A stretch of DNA of 64,000 nt from Microbotryum violaceum (GCA_001244265.2 CDLV01000007.1:496001-560000); one strand, 5' to 3'. Shown: positions 26,101 to 39,816, numbered from the stretch's first letter. Notes: generated by a model not told the origin, from the letters alone. Translations and numbers: made by a program.

Positions 26101-28192
26101 GATCGACAGCTCGAACAAGATCGACGGGCCGGGTCGTGATGTCATCGCTGCGCGTGCGAGGTTTTCGAGATGTCAGCGGACATGAGAGGGGAATCGATGT
26201 CATGGCAGCCCAGCGATCTCATATCAGTGTATAAACTCACTCAAGTAAGAACGTCTTCGTTAACATGTCGAGCAAGGTTGAAAAGGAAGCCAGGGTCTTG
26301 TTGAGGTCGCCCTGCAATTTGGATGTGGCCGACATTGGCCACAGCAGGAAGCAAACGGCGTTGGAGATGCCTGAGCCACATGCAACGATTAACTTCACCA
26401 GATAAGAGATTGTTCATGTAAGTTAGAGTTGCGGCAAATGCATCCAGCCTCGAACACTCACGAGCACCTGAAGGATCGCTTGAGACTGGAAGCGACCAAT
26501 GTGGAAAGCGCCTTCTTTGGTAATACTTTAGGAGCGCAAGGGCTGCTCAGCCAGACTTACTTGGAAAAACAACAAAGAATAATGAACAACTCACATGACT
26601 GAGGTAATGAGCGAGACCATAGAGCATGCTGTTGTGAATGAAGGCTTCTCGTGATCAGACGCACAGGGACATTAGTGAGCCCGTTTCGTCAAGTTGAGCT
26701 GCGAATGGCCCGGACTGACCTTGTTGACCGACGTCTTGGCATAGGCCAAAATGGTGTAGCCACCACCGAGCCAGAAGATGAGGACGACCGCATGCGCGAG
26801 TTGCTCATGACCGAGCGAAGCGAGCCACACACTCATCGCCATGCTTCCGCAGCACAGGAATGTCGCGTACATTGCTCCCAGAAACATGAAGCAATCGGCC
26901 TCGAACATGGACCCGATAGTTCGAGCAGGGTAAAAGTAAACTGCTACGGTCGCAACGACATGAGCGTTGCGCACGGGTCCATCGACGTCCCAAGGGGAGC
27001 CCAACCACTCGGTGAGGATGGGGACGAAAGTGAAGAGCTCGGCGATGAAATAAGCGAGTACGCATTTGATGATGTTCTTTTGCAGGGTGGACAGGGGTAG
27101 AAGCTTGGAATAGTCTCGCTTTATGAAAGTTCCGTGGTGCTCGGAGGTGGTAGATGAGGACGATGAAGAGTGCACAGGAGACCTTGACCGACGCCATCGC
27201 CGTCGGCTCCGCCCTCGGGGCCGATCGACGCCATCGCAGTCTGTGTCTGAAGCTTCATCTCGAGACGCCGGGTGGTCGTGCCGCCGCGGCTCACGACGTG
27301 GGGATGATCGAAGAGCAGATTCATTTTTGGGAGTAGGCTCGAGGCCTTGCTCATCCCCGTGCTCATCGTGATCGGGTCTGACCTGAGCATAGCTATAGGG
27401 TTCCTCGGTGAGAACTGCGGCGTCCCTCTCGGCTGCGCTCGACAATGAAGTGTCGTGCCGACAGAACGCACTGCTGAGCCAGGGGAGATTGCTCTGGCTC
27501 GCCGTCTTGACGATATTCTGACGGCTCGATTTCGATTTTGACCTTGACTTGGACTGCGAGCGAGCCGAGGTGCGGTCTCGCTCGCCCGAGGCAGAATCGC
27601 GGGCAGCGGAGAGGGGTGGCACCCCACTTGTGCCTGCTGACGCTGGGCCGGCTCCATAACCGCTGGTGACCATGGCGGCATGCAGCACGCCCCAACTGGA
27701 CGGATCGCCCTTGTTCTGTGCCCTCTCTATGGTGTCGCGGTACTTTGCATCGTGCCACGGATGTCGCGGGCTCTCGAACGAGGACGGCGAGATGAACGAG
27801 CTCGAGATGGACGTCGAAGCGCGTGGTTCGTGCGAGGGCGAGTGGGAGTGGGAGCGCCCGCGCCCGTTCGGAGACGACTCGATGGGTCCGTCTTGAGCTC
27901 TTGCTGCGGTCGAGGGGTCGCGTGGAGGGGTCGCGTAGGTGGCGGAAGGTATGCGTCGACTCGATCTTCGTAATGATCGAGTGATCGGTATCGGTGAAGG
28001 CGATGTAGCTGCCCGGGATGGCTCGCCTAAGCCTAGATCTGGTCGACTTTGACCGTCGTTCGCCAAGACTCGGTCGTCGTCGTCGTCGGCAAGATCGTGC
28101 CGAGGTGCAGGCTGTGCTGGAGTGCTGGCTGCACTTTCTGCGATTCTAGTCGACCCCGTTGATACTTGCTGGGTGTCCTGTCCCTGACTCAT
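23141..28192 (-). CDS. FUSC/ArAE (ALMT-like) multi-pass membrane protein, Bre4/YGL140C-like (multi-exon)
   Basis: Two TM bundles: KNIIKCVLAYFIA...VYFYPARTIGSM and KFAIKTGAGAALLA...WRGEWALISY...IAFHRTVAV...IWPFEARRELRKGLS. Confidence 0.88.
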
Positions 28193-28289
28193 CGGAGCCG
28201 ATTCGCCTACAAAGCTTCGCAGCGGCGAGTATCGTGGGGCCAAAAGAGGTCAAAGCGCAACAGGCGGCTCGGCGCGCGCGACGATTGCG

Positions 28290-28354
28290 ATCAGAATCGA
28301 TCAGAATCGATCAGAATATATCAGAATCGATCAGGATAGAATCAGAATGTCAGC
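28290..28354. repeat. 10-bp period TCAGAATCGA tandem array in the FUSC/SER1 divergent promoter
   Basis: TCAG at 28291, 28301, 28311, 28321, 28331, 28342 and 28350. Confidence 0.85.
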
Positions 28355-28450
28355 GAATGACCGACGATCTACGAGCTGGTCGAGTCAAAGCGCTTCGCTT
28401 CTTCCATCTTCCGGTCAAAGCAATCTCGTCCCTCAGTCTTCCAGGAAACG

Positions 28451-30063
28451 ATGGCGGTCAACTTGCAACAGCAGATCAATGCGAGGGCCAATACCGTAAG
28501 TCGAACTAGACAACCAGCCATCGTACCCCTGTACTTGCAGCTCGACTCGGCCTGGTCCGAGCAGCTCGGGCGTACGAAGGAGCCGCCTCAGTATGACTAA
28601 CATCGCTCTTCACTCTCCGCACAGATCAACATGAATGCAGGTCCTTCCCCTCTACCTCAATCGGCGCTGCTCCAGGCCGCCCAGTCGCTGCTCTCCTACT
28701 CGGAAACACCGGGCATGGGCATCGCCGAGATCTCGCATCGCTCAAAGGCCTTCGAGAAAGTCCTCGCCTCAGCCAACGCCGACCTCAAACAACTGCTGCA
28801 GATTCCCGACAACTACAAGATACTGTGGATGCAAGGCGGCGGGTTGACCCAGTTCGCAGCCACGGTCGTCAACCTTGCGGCGTGGTACAGGATCAAGCAC
28901 CAGCTCAAATCAGAAGACCCAGTCCATGGATGGTACGCCGTCACCGGCAGCTGGTCCGCCAAAGCACTCCAAGAAGCCGAGCGCATGGGTCTCACAACGA
29001 ACAAGATCGTCGATGGCAAAAAGAACGGCGCTGGAAAGTTCAAGGGCGTGCCTGCCTCCCCCGACGAATGGACGATCCCTGCCCAGTCGGACCCCAAACC
29101 GGCTTTCGTCTACTATTGCGACAACGAGACCGTCGATGGCGTCGAATTCCCCTCTACCGGAACACCCGCGGCGTTCCCCTTTGACAAGTTCGACAAGGAT
29201 ATCCCCATCGTGTGCGACATGTCGAGCAATTTCTTGTCGAGGCCCGTCGACGTCAGCAAGTACGGCATCATCTATGCTGGTGCACAGAAGAACTTGGGGC
29301 CCTCGGGTGCGACCGTCGTCATCGTTCGAGACGATTTGATTGGTCAGTTTTGAGGGTGTGGTGGAGTTAGCGAACGATCGACTGAAACTTCCTTCATTCA
29401 CATGCAGTGGATCTCGACGAGGCGGTGAAATACGGTGGCGGTCGAGTCCCTTCGATGCTGAGCTACAAGCAGATGGCGGCCAACGATTCAATGTACAAGT
29501 GCGCCTACTCCGGCTAGTCGAGTTTGCATCTATATTTTGGCGACGCTGTTGGCGACGCTGATACGTGATTGCTGCTCCTATAGCACGCCACCGACGTTCA
29601 CCATCTACGTCTGCTCCTTGGTCCTGCGCTCGCTGCTCGAATCACCCCCTTACCCTCTCAAATCCGAAACTGCGGCACCGCTTTCGCCTCTGGCCCAGCT
29701 CGCCGATGCCAAATCGTCACTCGTCTACTCGTTGCTCGATGACGAGACCAGATTCTATCTTGGCACGGCCCACGCGGCTTCGCGGAGTCGCATGAATCCG
29801 ACTTTCAGGATCAAGGGAGGGGAGCAGGTCGAGAAGGACTTTGTCAAGTTGGCGAGTGAGAAGGGGATCATGGGTGTAGGTGGGCATAGAAGCGTTGGCG
29901 GTGAGTTTTGGACTATGATATGTGCGAAGCTATTACGAGCTACGACTGACGCTGGGTGCGGTGCTCTACAGGTATCCGAACGTCGATTTATAATGCCGTC
30001 ACTCTGGCTCAGGTCGAGACGCTGGTCGAGTTTATGAAGCAATTTCGAGCCGAACGGATGTAG
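28451..30063 (+). CDS. SER1: Phosphoserine aminotransferase
   Basis: AGPSPLP, EISHRS, YCDNETVDGVEF, DMSS, PLP-lysine motif GAQKNLGPSG, GHRSVGG and IRTSIYNA. Confidence 0.97.
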
Positions 30064-30340
30064 GGCTAGACTTGTTTGACAGGGCGTAGAATAACAGACT
30101 GCAATGTTTGTCTCCGTCTTAGTTTCGCGTCATTTATAATAAAGAAAACCAGATTGTAGAGCGAAGAGGGCGAGTCCGAATTCGGGCGCGGCGATCCCGA
30201 GTTTCAGAGGGGATCGACTGCCCGGCTCGCTCTCCCGCTCTCGTTGCTCTCCCGCTGCTCCTCCCGTGCCGAGCTGCGAAGGGGGTTGCGTGATCCATCG
30301 TTCCGACGAGGACGCCCCACCCTTCTACACTCTTCAAACG

Positions 30341-32863
30341 ATGGCGGACTCGAACGCCCCACCCCACTCTTGGTTCGCGCCGCCGGAAGGTGCATACACG
30401 CTCGTCTCGTCGTTGAGCGTCCCTTCGTCGAGCTCGCTCAATTCGGCGACTGCCCACTTTACACAACAACCCGGCGTGTCCGCCGCTTCGGTCCTCCTTC
30501 CCGCTGGATCAGACCCACCGGTTTTTATCCCTCCTCCACTTCATGGGTGCAAGCTGACGATCGTAGAGGTGCAGATGGTGTTGCCAGGGTCGAAAGGGAC
30601 CGTCAATCCGGCTGCTCAAGCTCAAGCTGCCGCCGCCGCCGCTGCTGCTTCGACGAGTCCGATGATGGTCCCCGGTGCTTCACTCCACTCCCCTGCCCTC
30701 AACAACAACAACAACGATTCGCACTTCGGTTTCGGCAATGGCGTGGCGAGCGGAAGTCTGGGTTTAGATACGAGTGCCGCAACGCTGGCAGGCGCGGGCG
30801 TGGGGACGAGTGGGGGCGCGGGAATGGTCCCGGGCTCAGCGACGAGTACCGGTCCGTCGACGGGTGTGGTCTCAGGCTTGACCTCGCCGACCTTGGCAGA
30901 GCGAGGTGGTTTTAGTCCTACTCCACGCCGTAAACCGTTGGGCTCATCCTTTTCGATCCCGACACTATCGTCCCTGGCAGGTGGAGGAGATGCGGGATCG
31001 TCAGCTGGAGGGGGCAACTCGGGTTTGGGAGGCAACGGTGGAGGGTCCAATTCGAGACCGAGTCGGCCGTTCCGGGGTACATCGAGTTCGTTCGTCCGCA
31101 GTTGGGAGGGTTTGCCGTTGCAAGGGGCGACATTGAAGGCGATCGCCGAGGCGGGGCAGGGACGGAAAACGCTGTTTGGATTTTATACCTACGGCAAGGG
31201 GGTTGTGTGGTGCGAGATTGGCCAAGGGAGGCCCAAGGTACGTCCTCTTACCTGACAAAGGCTTTTGTGATTTTGGCTGAACTTGGAGGAACACGAACGG
31301 GATTCATCGGCGTTCACAGGAGGCGATCGCTCGGGTCATGTTCAGCATCGCGCCGACCTGCGTCGACGTCAACCGGCACACCGCGTCGCATGCGCAACTC
31401 GACGTGCTCGTCGGATTCTGCAACGGCGACATCTTCTGGTTCGGTAGGTCCACCCCCCTAGATTTCTATCTTCGGGCGGTCCCAGGCTCAATCCTCATCG
31501 AACCCCCGGACATCTTTCTACCCCGCGCAGATCCCTTCTTGGCCAGATACACCCGGCTCAACAAAGGCGGTGTCATCACCAGTTCTTCCATCACCTCAAT
31601 TCAATGGCTCCCACCTTCGGCCGCTTACTCTACCTCCGAGAACCACTCGAACCTATTCCTGACCTCGCACGCCGACGGGACCCTTTTGGTCTGGGACAAG
31701 GACCGAGAAGATTGGTCCGGTTTCGTCCCGACGCCCGTCCCGACCGGCTTGAACCTCCGGTCCGTTCATGGTGTCGGTGCAGCCTCGGGAAAAGAGAACG
31801 ATTGGGACGGAACCCAGATCAAGCATGCTCCGAGCGATGCCGGCGATTTGGCCGGTTTAGGAGACATCATTGTTTCGCGGCCAGCGCCTTTTGACAAGAA
31901 GGGGCAAGCGACAAAGTTCAACCCCGTTTCGCATTGGAGGGTCTCGAGGAAGGCCATTAATTGTGAGTTCAACCGAAACAGGGTGACTCAGAGATATCTA
32001 GCAGCGCAGACAAGGCTAAGACCCTGGCGCTACCTTTCCTCTCATGGGGGGCCCGCAGCGTTTGCTTTCTCCCCTGATTTGCAACTATGCGCTACCGTCG
32101 GCAACGACGGATGCCTGCGTATCATCAACGCCGCGGAAGAGAAACTGCTGGACACGTTCGCGAGCTACTTTGGTGCACTCAACTGCGTCTCGTGGAGTGC
32201 CGATGGTCGGTTCGTCGTCACCGGCGGTCAAGATGACCTGTGTACGATCTATGCCCCGCTCGAGCAACGGCTCGTCGCGAGGTGTCAGGGGCATTCGTCT
32301 TGGGTCACTGGAGTCGCTTGGGATCCTTGGAGAAGTGATGAGCGTACGATGAGGTTTGCGAGTGTAGGTGAGGACTGCAAACTCGTCTTGTGGGATCTGT
32401 CAAGTGCGGCTCTGACGAGGCCCAAGTCTCACGTGAGTACGATCGCCGTCGTCGCCAGCCCTTACTGCTCATGATGACAGACGCTGACACGGTTGCGTCG
32501 CCGATGTCACAGGCTCAACATCCCCACGCTCGTCGATTATCGCTCTCTTCCCAACGCCTGGAATCCACAGGCCACCTCCCCATCTCCCCGAATGGTACTT
32601 CGGACCGAACCTCCCCGGTCTACCACACCTCCCCACGCCGCGATGACGTCGCCCACCTCCAACCCGTGATGGTCAAAACCCTCTCGCACGACCTCTTTTC
32701 GAACGTCTTCTTCCTCCCCCAATACCTTCTCACCGTTTCACGATCGGGTCAGATCCGACAGTACGATCGACCGCCGGAGAGGGAGGATGGGTATGGGCAT
32801 AGTATTGGGTTGAGTGGCGAGTTTGCGAGTAGTGTTGTCGCTTTGGATCGGAGAGCGAGGTGA
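30341..32863 (+). CDS. CreC/WDR20-like WD40 protein
   Basis: FAPPEGAY N-terminus, PTCVDVN, YTRLNKGG, NPVSHW, SYFGALNCVSWSADGRFVVTGGQDDL, ARCQGHSSWV. Confidence 0.9.
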
Positions 32864-33323
32864 GCTTTGGAAGGGGTGCGATGAGGGGTGGTATATACTT
32901 GGTATGGATGGGGATAAATTTCGGTATGGGTCGACCCGCTTATTTGTATGGACGAGTTGAAATCCCCGCGGTATCGGTTCACGAGCAGCAGCTGGCGAGG
33001 AATTTGTAGATCTATATGCGCTGCTGGTCCCATGTTGAAATTGCCCAGTGAGGTATTGAAGTTTGAAGGATAAATCGATTCAGAGTGTTTCACTTGAGGC
33101 TGGTCGTCGAAGTAGTTTCGTCGCTTTCTATCGGCGAGTCGATCGATTCTGTAAGATCTTGAAGCTGCTTTTGACGAGCGCGATCGAGCGTCGACGTAAT
33201 AGCGCGACCCCCTCGGCAACATTGCCCCCCCTGGTTTTAGCTCCGAACTCGACACTCCCCACTAGTCCTCCTTGCCTCGCCCCCCAGCACAACCGAGGCG
33301 ATCCCCAAGCGGGATCCGTAACC

Positions 33324-35054
33324 ATGTTCTACCTCTTGTCCCGCGTCGTCTCGTGAGTGATCCACCCTCGTATGGCTCATTTTGCTCAGAGCTTTGTAGT
33401 TTGCTGACCTGTCCTGAGCCGATTCGGTGACTCGACACCCCGTCGTTCCTGGTTGCTCCGTTGCTCTCGCCTCGCGAAGCACTACCGCTGGGTCGGTGTA
33501 CCCTTGCTATGCGGCGTACAAGGCGATCAAGGCCAACGATGGCCCGTTGATGGAGGTGTGGCTCATGTACTGGGTCGTGATGGGAACGCTGATGGCGATC
33601 GAGGGCTCGGTCGAATGGGTGTTCGCCTGGTTAGTCCTCCCGCTCCCGCACGCGAACGGTGCTGCGGTCGAGCGCTCGATTGGGCACTGAACTTGCAGTT
33701 CCCCTACCGGGCTGGGCCCCTACGCAGGTTTCCATTCTACTACGTTTTCAAGTCACTGCTCATCCTATGGCTCGTACTACCTCAGATTCAGGTCAGTGCG
33801 CGTTGAACACTCGGCGGCTCGCTCCGGCGGGCGGCCCAGTGAAGCTGTGAACTCACAGCCTCGGCGAAGACGACGCGTATGCGCCGCGCCGCCCCACACC
33901 CGTTGGCGTGAGAACTAGCCTCAGCTGACCATCTCCCCTGACCATCTCGCTCCCCTCTCCCCACACTGTCGGCGTCGATCTTTGTCTGTTTCACATACGT
34001 GTGTCGGCGCATCGACCTTCCTGCCACCGATTCTCATTCTCACAGGGCTCGACCTACGTCTACACCGCGCACCTGCACCCCTTCCTCGCCGCCCACGAAC
34101 AAGACATAGACCAAGCCGTCGCGAACGCCAAAGACAGCGCAAAAGAGGCCGGACTCGGTTGGCTCAATCGAGTCGTGCATCAGATTAGGGGTCTCGTCCT
34201 CGGCTCATTGACGGCAGTAGGTCCACGTCAAAGCATTTTTCTGTTCATCGAGTGCCTTTGGTCTGAGTTCTTTTTGGAAACTCCTTCCGGTTCAGGGTGC
34301 GGCCGAGCAAGCTGGCGTCGGTCAAGGCCAGGCAGGTTCTTCGACATCTGCTAGCGGAGGAGCTGCGGCTGGACCGCCGACGAACCGACCCGACGCACCG
34401 AATCCAACCTATGGTCTGGCGAATCTTGCTGGCAACTACTTGCGCACGTATGCACCCGCCGCGATCGCTGCTGGCACCGCCTTCTTCCACCCCATGAAAG
34501 GACGCGAGCCGACCGTACAGGCACGTAACGCTTCCGGACCTGCGACGGGATCGTCACGAGCGATGCGAGCCGAACAGATGAGGTCCCTCGGCGTTGCATC
34601 TGAACTCCCTTCGTCTGCCTCGACGTCGGCCACCTTGAACAGATCGTCAGACGCTCGCCAACGCCGTCGAGCCGAGCTCGAAGCCGAACTCGCAGGCCTG
34701 GGATCCTCCTCTCCGTCGTCGGGATCGTCTGACTCTACGCCCTCCAATGCAGCCTCGTCGTCGTATTCAGCCAACGCCCCGACGCTGAAAAGGTTCAACC
34801 CTCGTTCGGTCTCGTCAGGAGGTTCTCGCCTCACATCCGAGTCTCGTGAACCGCGTTCGGTCGCCTCGTCGTTCGAAGAGATTAGGAAGGATGAACTCGG
34901 CGACTACTCTCCCGTACCTCCTACGGGCCCGAGGTCGGGACAACGATCATCCTCAACCGGCGTCGCCGGAGGCTGGTGGAAATGGACCGCGAATCAACCT
35001 GGTGGTCCGCCGGGTGCAGGTGCTGGCTGGGACAGCCGAGACAAGGACGAATGA
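33324..35054 (+). CDS. TB2/DP1/HVA22 (REEP/Yop1-family) protein with long C-terminal tail
   Basis: YPCYAAYKAI, WLMYWVV, WFPFYYVFK, WLVLPQIQGSTYVY, PFLAAHEQDID. Confidence 0.9.
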
Positions 35055-36204
35055 GCTTCCGACCGCTTCTGGCCTGTGGCGCAAACCACCAATTCCACTA
35101 TCTGTAGATTACTTTCTCTCCCATCGCGTTTTTTCTCGTGTATCCTTTGTTTTCGATGCCGCCTTTGGCTCCTCATGCTGCCATCGACATTCCCCTCCAC
35201 GTGCGGCCAGCCGCCTTTGGCTTGCACCGAGGCGCTGCGCTTTCAGCCTGCACTATTCAAAGCTCGATGTCTTATTCGCATCTACGTCATCCTGCGTTTT
35301 TGTAACCTTGATTTGTCACACCAAGACAAAGGATCATCTGGTGAGTCAACTGACATTTTTGCTGCGTGGGACTGCGGCACTGCGGAGGGCATACACCGAG
35401 CTTGGGGCAAAAGTTCGAGCCATCTCGCATTTGGTCGGTGCTCAGCGCTCAGCGCTCAGGCCCTGGCGCTCAGGGGCTGAAATAGCCCTAGCGCAATGAC
35501 GTCAGCCCTCGGCGCGCCCGCTTGCCACGGCGCCACTCAGCGCAGTTCAAGGCTCCGAGTCGAGATCCCAGGCCACAGAGGAACAGAACGGGATAGTAGA
35601 GCCTGATGAACCTGTAATGACGTAAACGAAAATTAGCTCTCGATCATGCACAACATCGAAGGGTCAATCTTGAGCGAGAGTTGAGATTTTGACATCCGCC
35701 CAAAGGCGGACGCGCCGATCCGCTCCCACTGGAAAGATGGCGGGCGGTTTCGCCGGCCGCGCGCACCGCCATCACGCCGCTTCGACTCCGCCCCTCTCTC
35801 GCCGACCACCCCTTGCTGGACAATTGTGGCCGTCTCTTCGGATCCGACGCCGACACTATACTGCGCAACCAATCAAGACACAATGCTCGCAATTATGGCC
35901 ACCCCAACCGGACCTGACCTTCACCTCTTGTTCTCCTTCCATCCACTTAACCAACCAACCCCCCCCCCCTCCCCCGTCCCCCGTCCCCCCAAGTCAATCC
36001 CCTCCCGGCTCACCTGCCCTCTACCTCGTCCTCGCTAGCTTCGAGACGACCTACGTTCCGCGACTTGCTTTCTCTTGACGAGATCTGTCTTTGTTGCCAC
36101 TCGACTGTGTTGATCACTTTCAAACCCCCCAACTCACTCTCCACCTCCGCCACCAAAGCCAGCCCCCGGCTCAGTACCGCTTGACACCCACTACGCCCAC
36201 CAGA

Positions 36205-38459
36205 ATGAAGTCGCCATCCTCCTCCTCGAGTGGATCGCTCTCAGCAAGCAGGTTCTTGCTCCTCGCCCTTGTGCTGCCCGCCGTTCTGGCCCTTCCCGCC
36301 ATCCCTCGCTCGAGCTCAAACCCGACCCGAGCCAGCGCGACCGCCCGTGCCCACGCTTCGGCCACGCCCAAAGCGACCCGAGCCGCTTCCAAGCCCTCGG
36401 CCGCTTCCAAGCCCTCGGCCGCTTCCCCGCTCTGGGTGAAATTGAACGCCGAGTTTTACATCCCCGGTCAAGAGCGCAAGGCTTCCAACTCGACGACGAC
36501 GACCGCTCCTTCGGCGTCGATCCCTACGACTTCGCCCGTGGTCGAGCGACGTGAAGTTGCCATGGACGAATTCGACGATGAGCTGCACTACTACTCGTAC
36601 GACAAGAGGTGTGATTGTACCAAGACCGTTACCAAGGTTGTCGACCGAGTGGCCAAGACGACGGCCAAGGCAAAAACGTGAGTCTCTTCACTTTCGAGTG
36701 ACAAGGCCTCCCTATTCGGTGCATCGACGATTGACATAGGATTTCTCTCGATCCACAGCACGAAGAAGGCGACGACTACCAAGAAAAAGACAACGACTAC
36801 CAAGAAAAAGACAACGACGACCAAGAGAAAGACAACGACGACCAAGAAGAAGACGACCACCAAGGCCGCAGCAACGACCCGGCCGGCGACCACTTTGGCG
36901 AGCAACAACGGCCTCGGCGATGGCCAGACGTTCTGGAAGCAAAAGAGGACGTTTGGCTCGATGGAGTCGTTCACGACCGACGTCGTCAAGAAATGGGTCT
37001 GGGGTTACCCCTCGAACGTCAAGATCGTGCAAGGTATTCCCGCGAGCAAGTGGACCGGCGGCAAGCAGCTCGATTCGTCCAGCGCGCTCCAGGTCGCTTA
37101 CCCCAAGGGCAGTCGCAACCCGAGCAAGTATCCCATCGGCGGTGTCGGTCTCTACTCTGAGAAGCGTGAGTTAGCTTGTAACTTTGTATCCTCTCTCTGA
37201 TCGATAGAGGACTGATCATAGTCTGTGCCGACGCTTGACGCAACAGTCGATCTCTCGCAAGCGAGCAACGTTTCGTTCTCGTACTCGGTCTTTTTCGAGA
37301 AGGGCTTCAAGTTCAACAAGGGTGGCAAGCTTCCCGGTCTTTTCGGCGGCAAGTCGGCTTGTTCCGGTGGCTCATCTGCACAGGACTGCTTCTCGACCCG
37401 TTTGATGTTCCGAACTGGAGGCAAAGGAGAGGTAAGCCTTGACAGCGATGCTTGTTCATTTGGAGTATCAGCGACTGACTGGTATTTCCCTACGCTCTGG
37501 CATGCACAGCTTTACCTCTACGCCCCTCGCGAGAAGCAAGTCTCCGCTCTCTGCAACTTGAAGCCGCTGTCGTTCTGCAACTCGTACTACGGCATGTCGA
37601 TCGGTCGAGGCTCGTGGACGTTCAAGACCGGTGAATGGACCGACATCCGCCAAGACATCTGGCTCAACACCCCTGGCAAGGCCAACGGTGGCTTCAACAT
37701 CTGGGTCAACGGCAAGATCGTCTTGACTTCGTCCCAGGTCTACTACCGCAACTCGGCCGTCGGCAACGTCGCCACGAACGGCACCGCGTCCAACATAACC
37801 CTCATCGACTACGACGCCTTGCCCGCCGGAACCCAAATCCCCAATGGTGGTTTCTCAACCGGCGGCAACGGCACTTTCCAAGCCCCCACCGGTGTCGTCA
37901 AGGTCACCGCCGTCAATGGTCTGCCTCTGTTGCACACCCCTCGACCCAACCCTAACGACGCGTGGTTGCGCAAGCGTGGTGCCGACCGCCACAACGCCGA
38001 GCCTACCCGCGCACCGCAGATGATCGTCCGCCCCGGTGGCCAGCGTGCGAGGGCCTTGGCCCAGAAGCGAGATGCTGCTAAGCTCGAACGCCTCGCTTTG
38101 GAGAAGCGCGTCTACGAATTGGAGCAAGTCGCAACCGACATTGAGATTGGCGCCCCTTCGACCGAGGCCGCTCGCATAGACGCCGAGTACTTTGCCGAGC
38201 GCAACAGGAGAGAGAAGGAGAGCAATATCTCCAAGCGAGCGGCCAAGGTCACGCTGCCGACCGGTTTCATCGGCATCATGTTCAACACGTTCTTTGGCGG
38301 CAGTGATAGCGTGAGTACCCAAAACAAGTTTTCGTGCTTACGCTTTTGATGACACAATGACTGACCTTTTACTGCGCATCTTAACCTGTACAGACTTGGA
38401 ACTCTGCGAAGCTCCAGTACTCCTACTTTAACGGCCTGCGACTGGACATCAACTCATAG
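36205..38459 (+). CDS. Secreted polysaccharide lyase family 14 (alginate lyase-like)
   Basis: Signal-like hydrophobic stretch, then YPKGS, FNKGGKLPGLFGG, CFSTRLMFR, LYLYAP, SIGRGSWTF and FNTFFGGSD. Confidence 0.88.
36760..36863 (+). repeat. Coding 21-bp tandem repeat encoding (KKKTTTT)n
   Basis: About 5 copies of ACCAAGAAAAAGACAACGACT-like units within a PL14 exon. Confidence 0.9.
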
Positions 38460-39816
38460 GCGGGTGGCGATGAGGATACCACGTAGGGCCAGGCTTGCCT
38501 CAGTGGATTCACCGCACCCCCCTATCACTTCGACTTCTTCACGACATTCCTCAACTCGAGTCGTGCCCATACACCCTAGAGACCGGATGCAGCGCATCTG
38601 GTTTGGTGGGAATAGGCTCGTTTGACACGAGCCTTTTACGACGATTCCGTCCTTTAACGAACTTTTACGAAGCCTGGGTCGAGATGTGGATGCGGAAGAG
38701 CTCGTGCAGCAAGATCGGAAGGATCTTGACAATCCTTCGTTTCTTCCATCGCCGAGGATATCAGTTCCTACATTTCCCTAGCATTGGTTGTGTAGCCGTA
38801 CCTACTTATCTATGTTGGAACATTATCGGGTGCTAGGACCTTTCTCCTTTCAGACCTACTTCGCGCCTCGAGAGAATCGTCGACCATGCCCATCTCCGAG
38901 TTGTCAACACCCGAAGCCCGTGATTCGGACGGCAGTTCCGAGGGAAATGAACGCTCGCCTGACATTACGCTATTGCCCCAACTAGAGACCTACGTTTTCT
39001 GAAGCATACAGGCTACTGTTCATGATTCAAGGAAGGGAAAAGGTCGACGATAGGGACGTAGCACTGGGGTACACTTTGCCTGCCCAGGAAGTAGCTCCGG
39101 GCACCGTCGGGGCCCGCTCCCGTTCGACGTGCCGGGGTTGGTAAGCCCATAGCACGCCAAGCATTGGTTCGTGCCCGAACCGATGGTGCGCTCGGCTCGC
39201 TTTGCATGGCAGTCACGTTTAATCTGCAGTGCCACCCGAGGTCAAAACAGTGATCAGCTGGGGCCATCCAATTCGACTCGAGTGACTTGTGTTTTTCTGC
39301 TCACACCTATGTTGGCTTTCTTACCGCAACATGGATTTTCGAAGGCACACTGCACGGTGTATGCAGTGAGCGGCGGGCCTCACGGCGGGTTTACCGATCC
39401 GGACGGAGCCGAGCCGGTTTCGTGAGCGACGATTGTCAGCGGCCAGCCGGCCTCAATCAGCAAAACAATTGCAGGCGCGTAAGGCAAGGAAAAGGGCACA
39501 GAGAGAGCTGCTGCTTACAGTAACAGGAAAGAAAGCGCGCGCTGCTCTTCGGGCTCAGCACACCCGGCGCGTCTGCAGTGCTTGGCTCGCCCCGCCTTGC
39601 CGCAGGCCGCTGCCCCGAGGAAACGCCCGCGTCAGGTCAAGGCGCCGGCAGTTGGTGTCAGATGGCTTTCTGCCTTCGCTCGCGCTTCCATCCTTCGATC
39701 GACTGCGACTGGTTTACCAACTGCGCCCCTCGCCCGTCTCGTCACCTTGTTGTGGTTGGGTTCACGCACCCTTCGACTTGTCAGCGCACTCTTCTTCCCC
39801 TCCCGCCGGCGCCACG

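Noticed and set aside
35603-35632. CTGATGA...GAAA hammerhead-like core
   Set aside because: The intervening sequence cannot form stem II.
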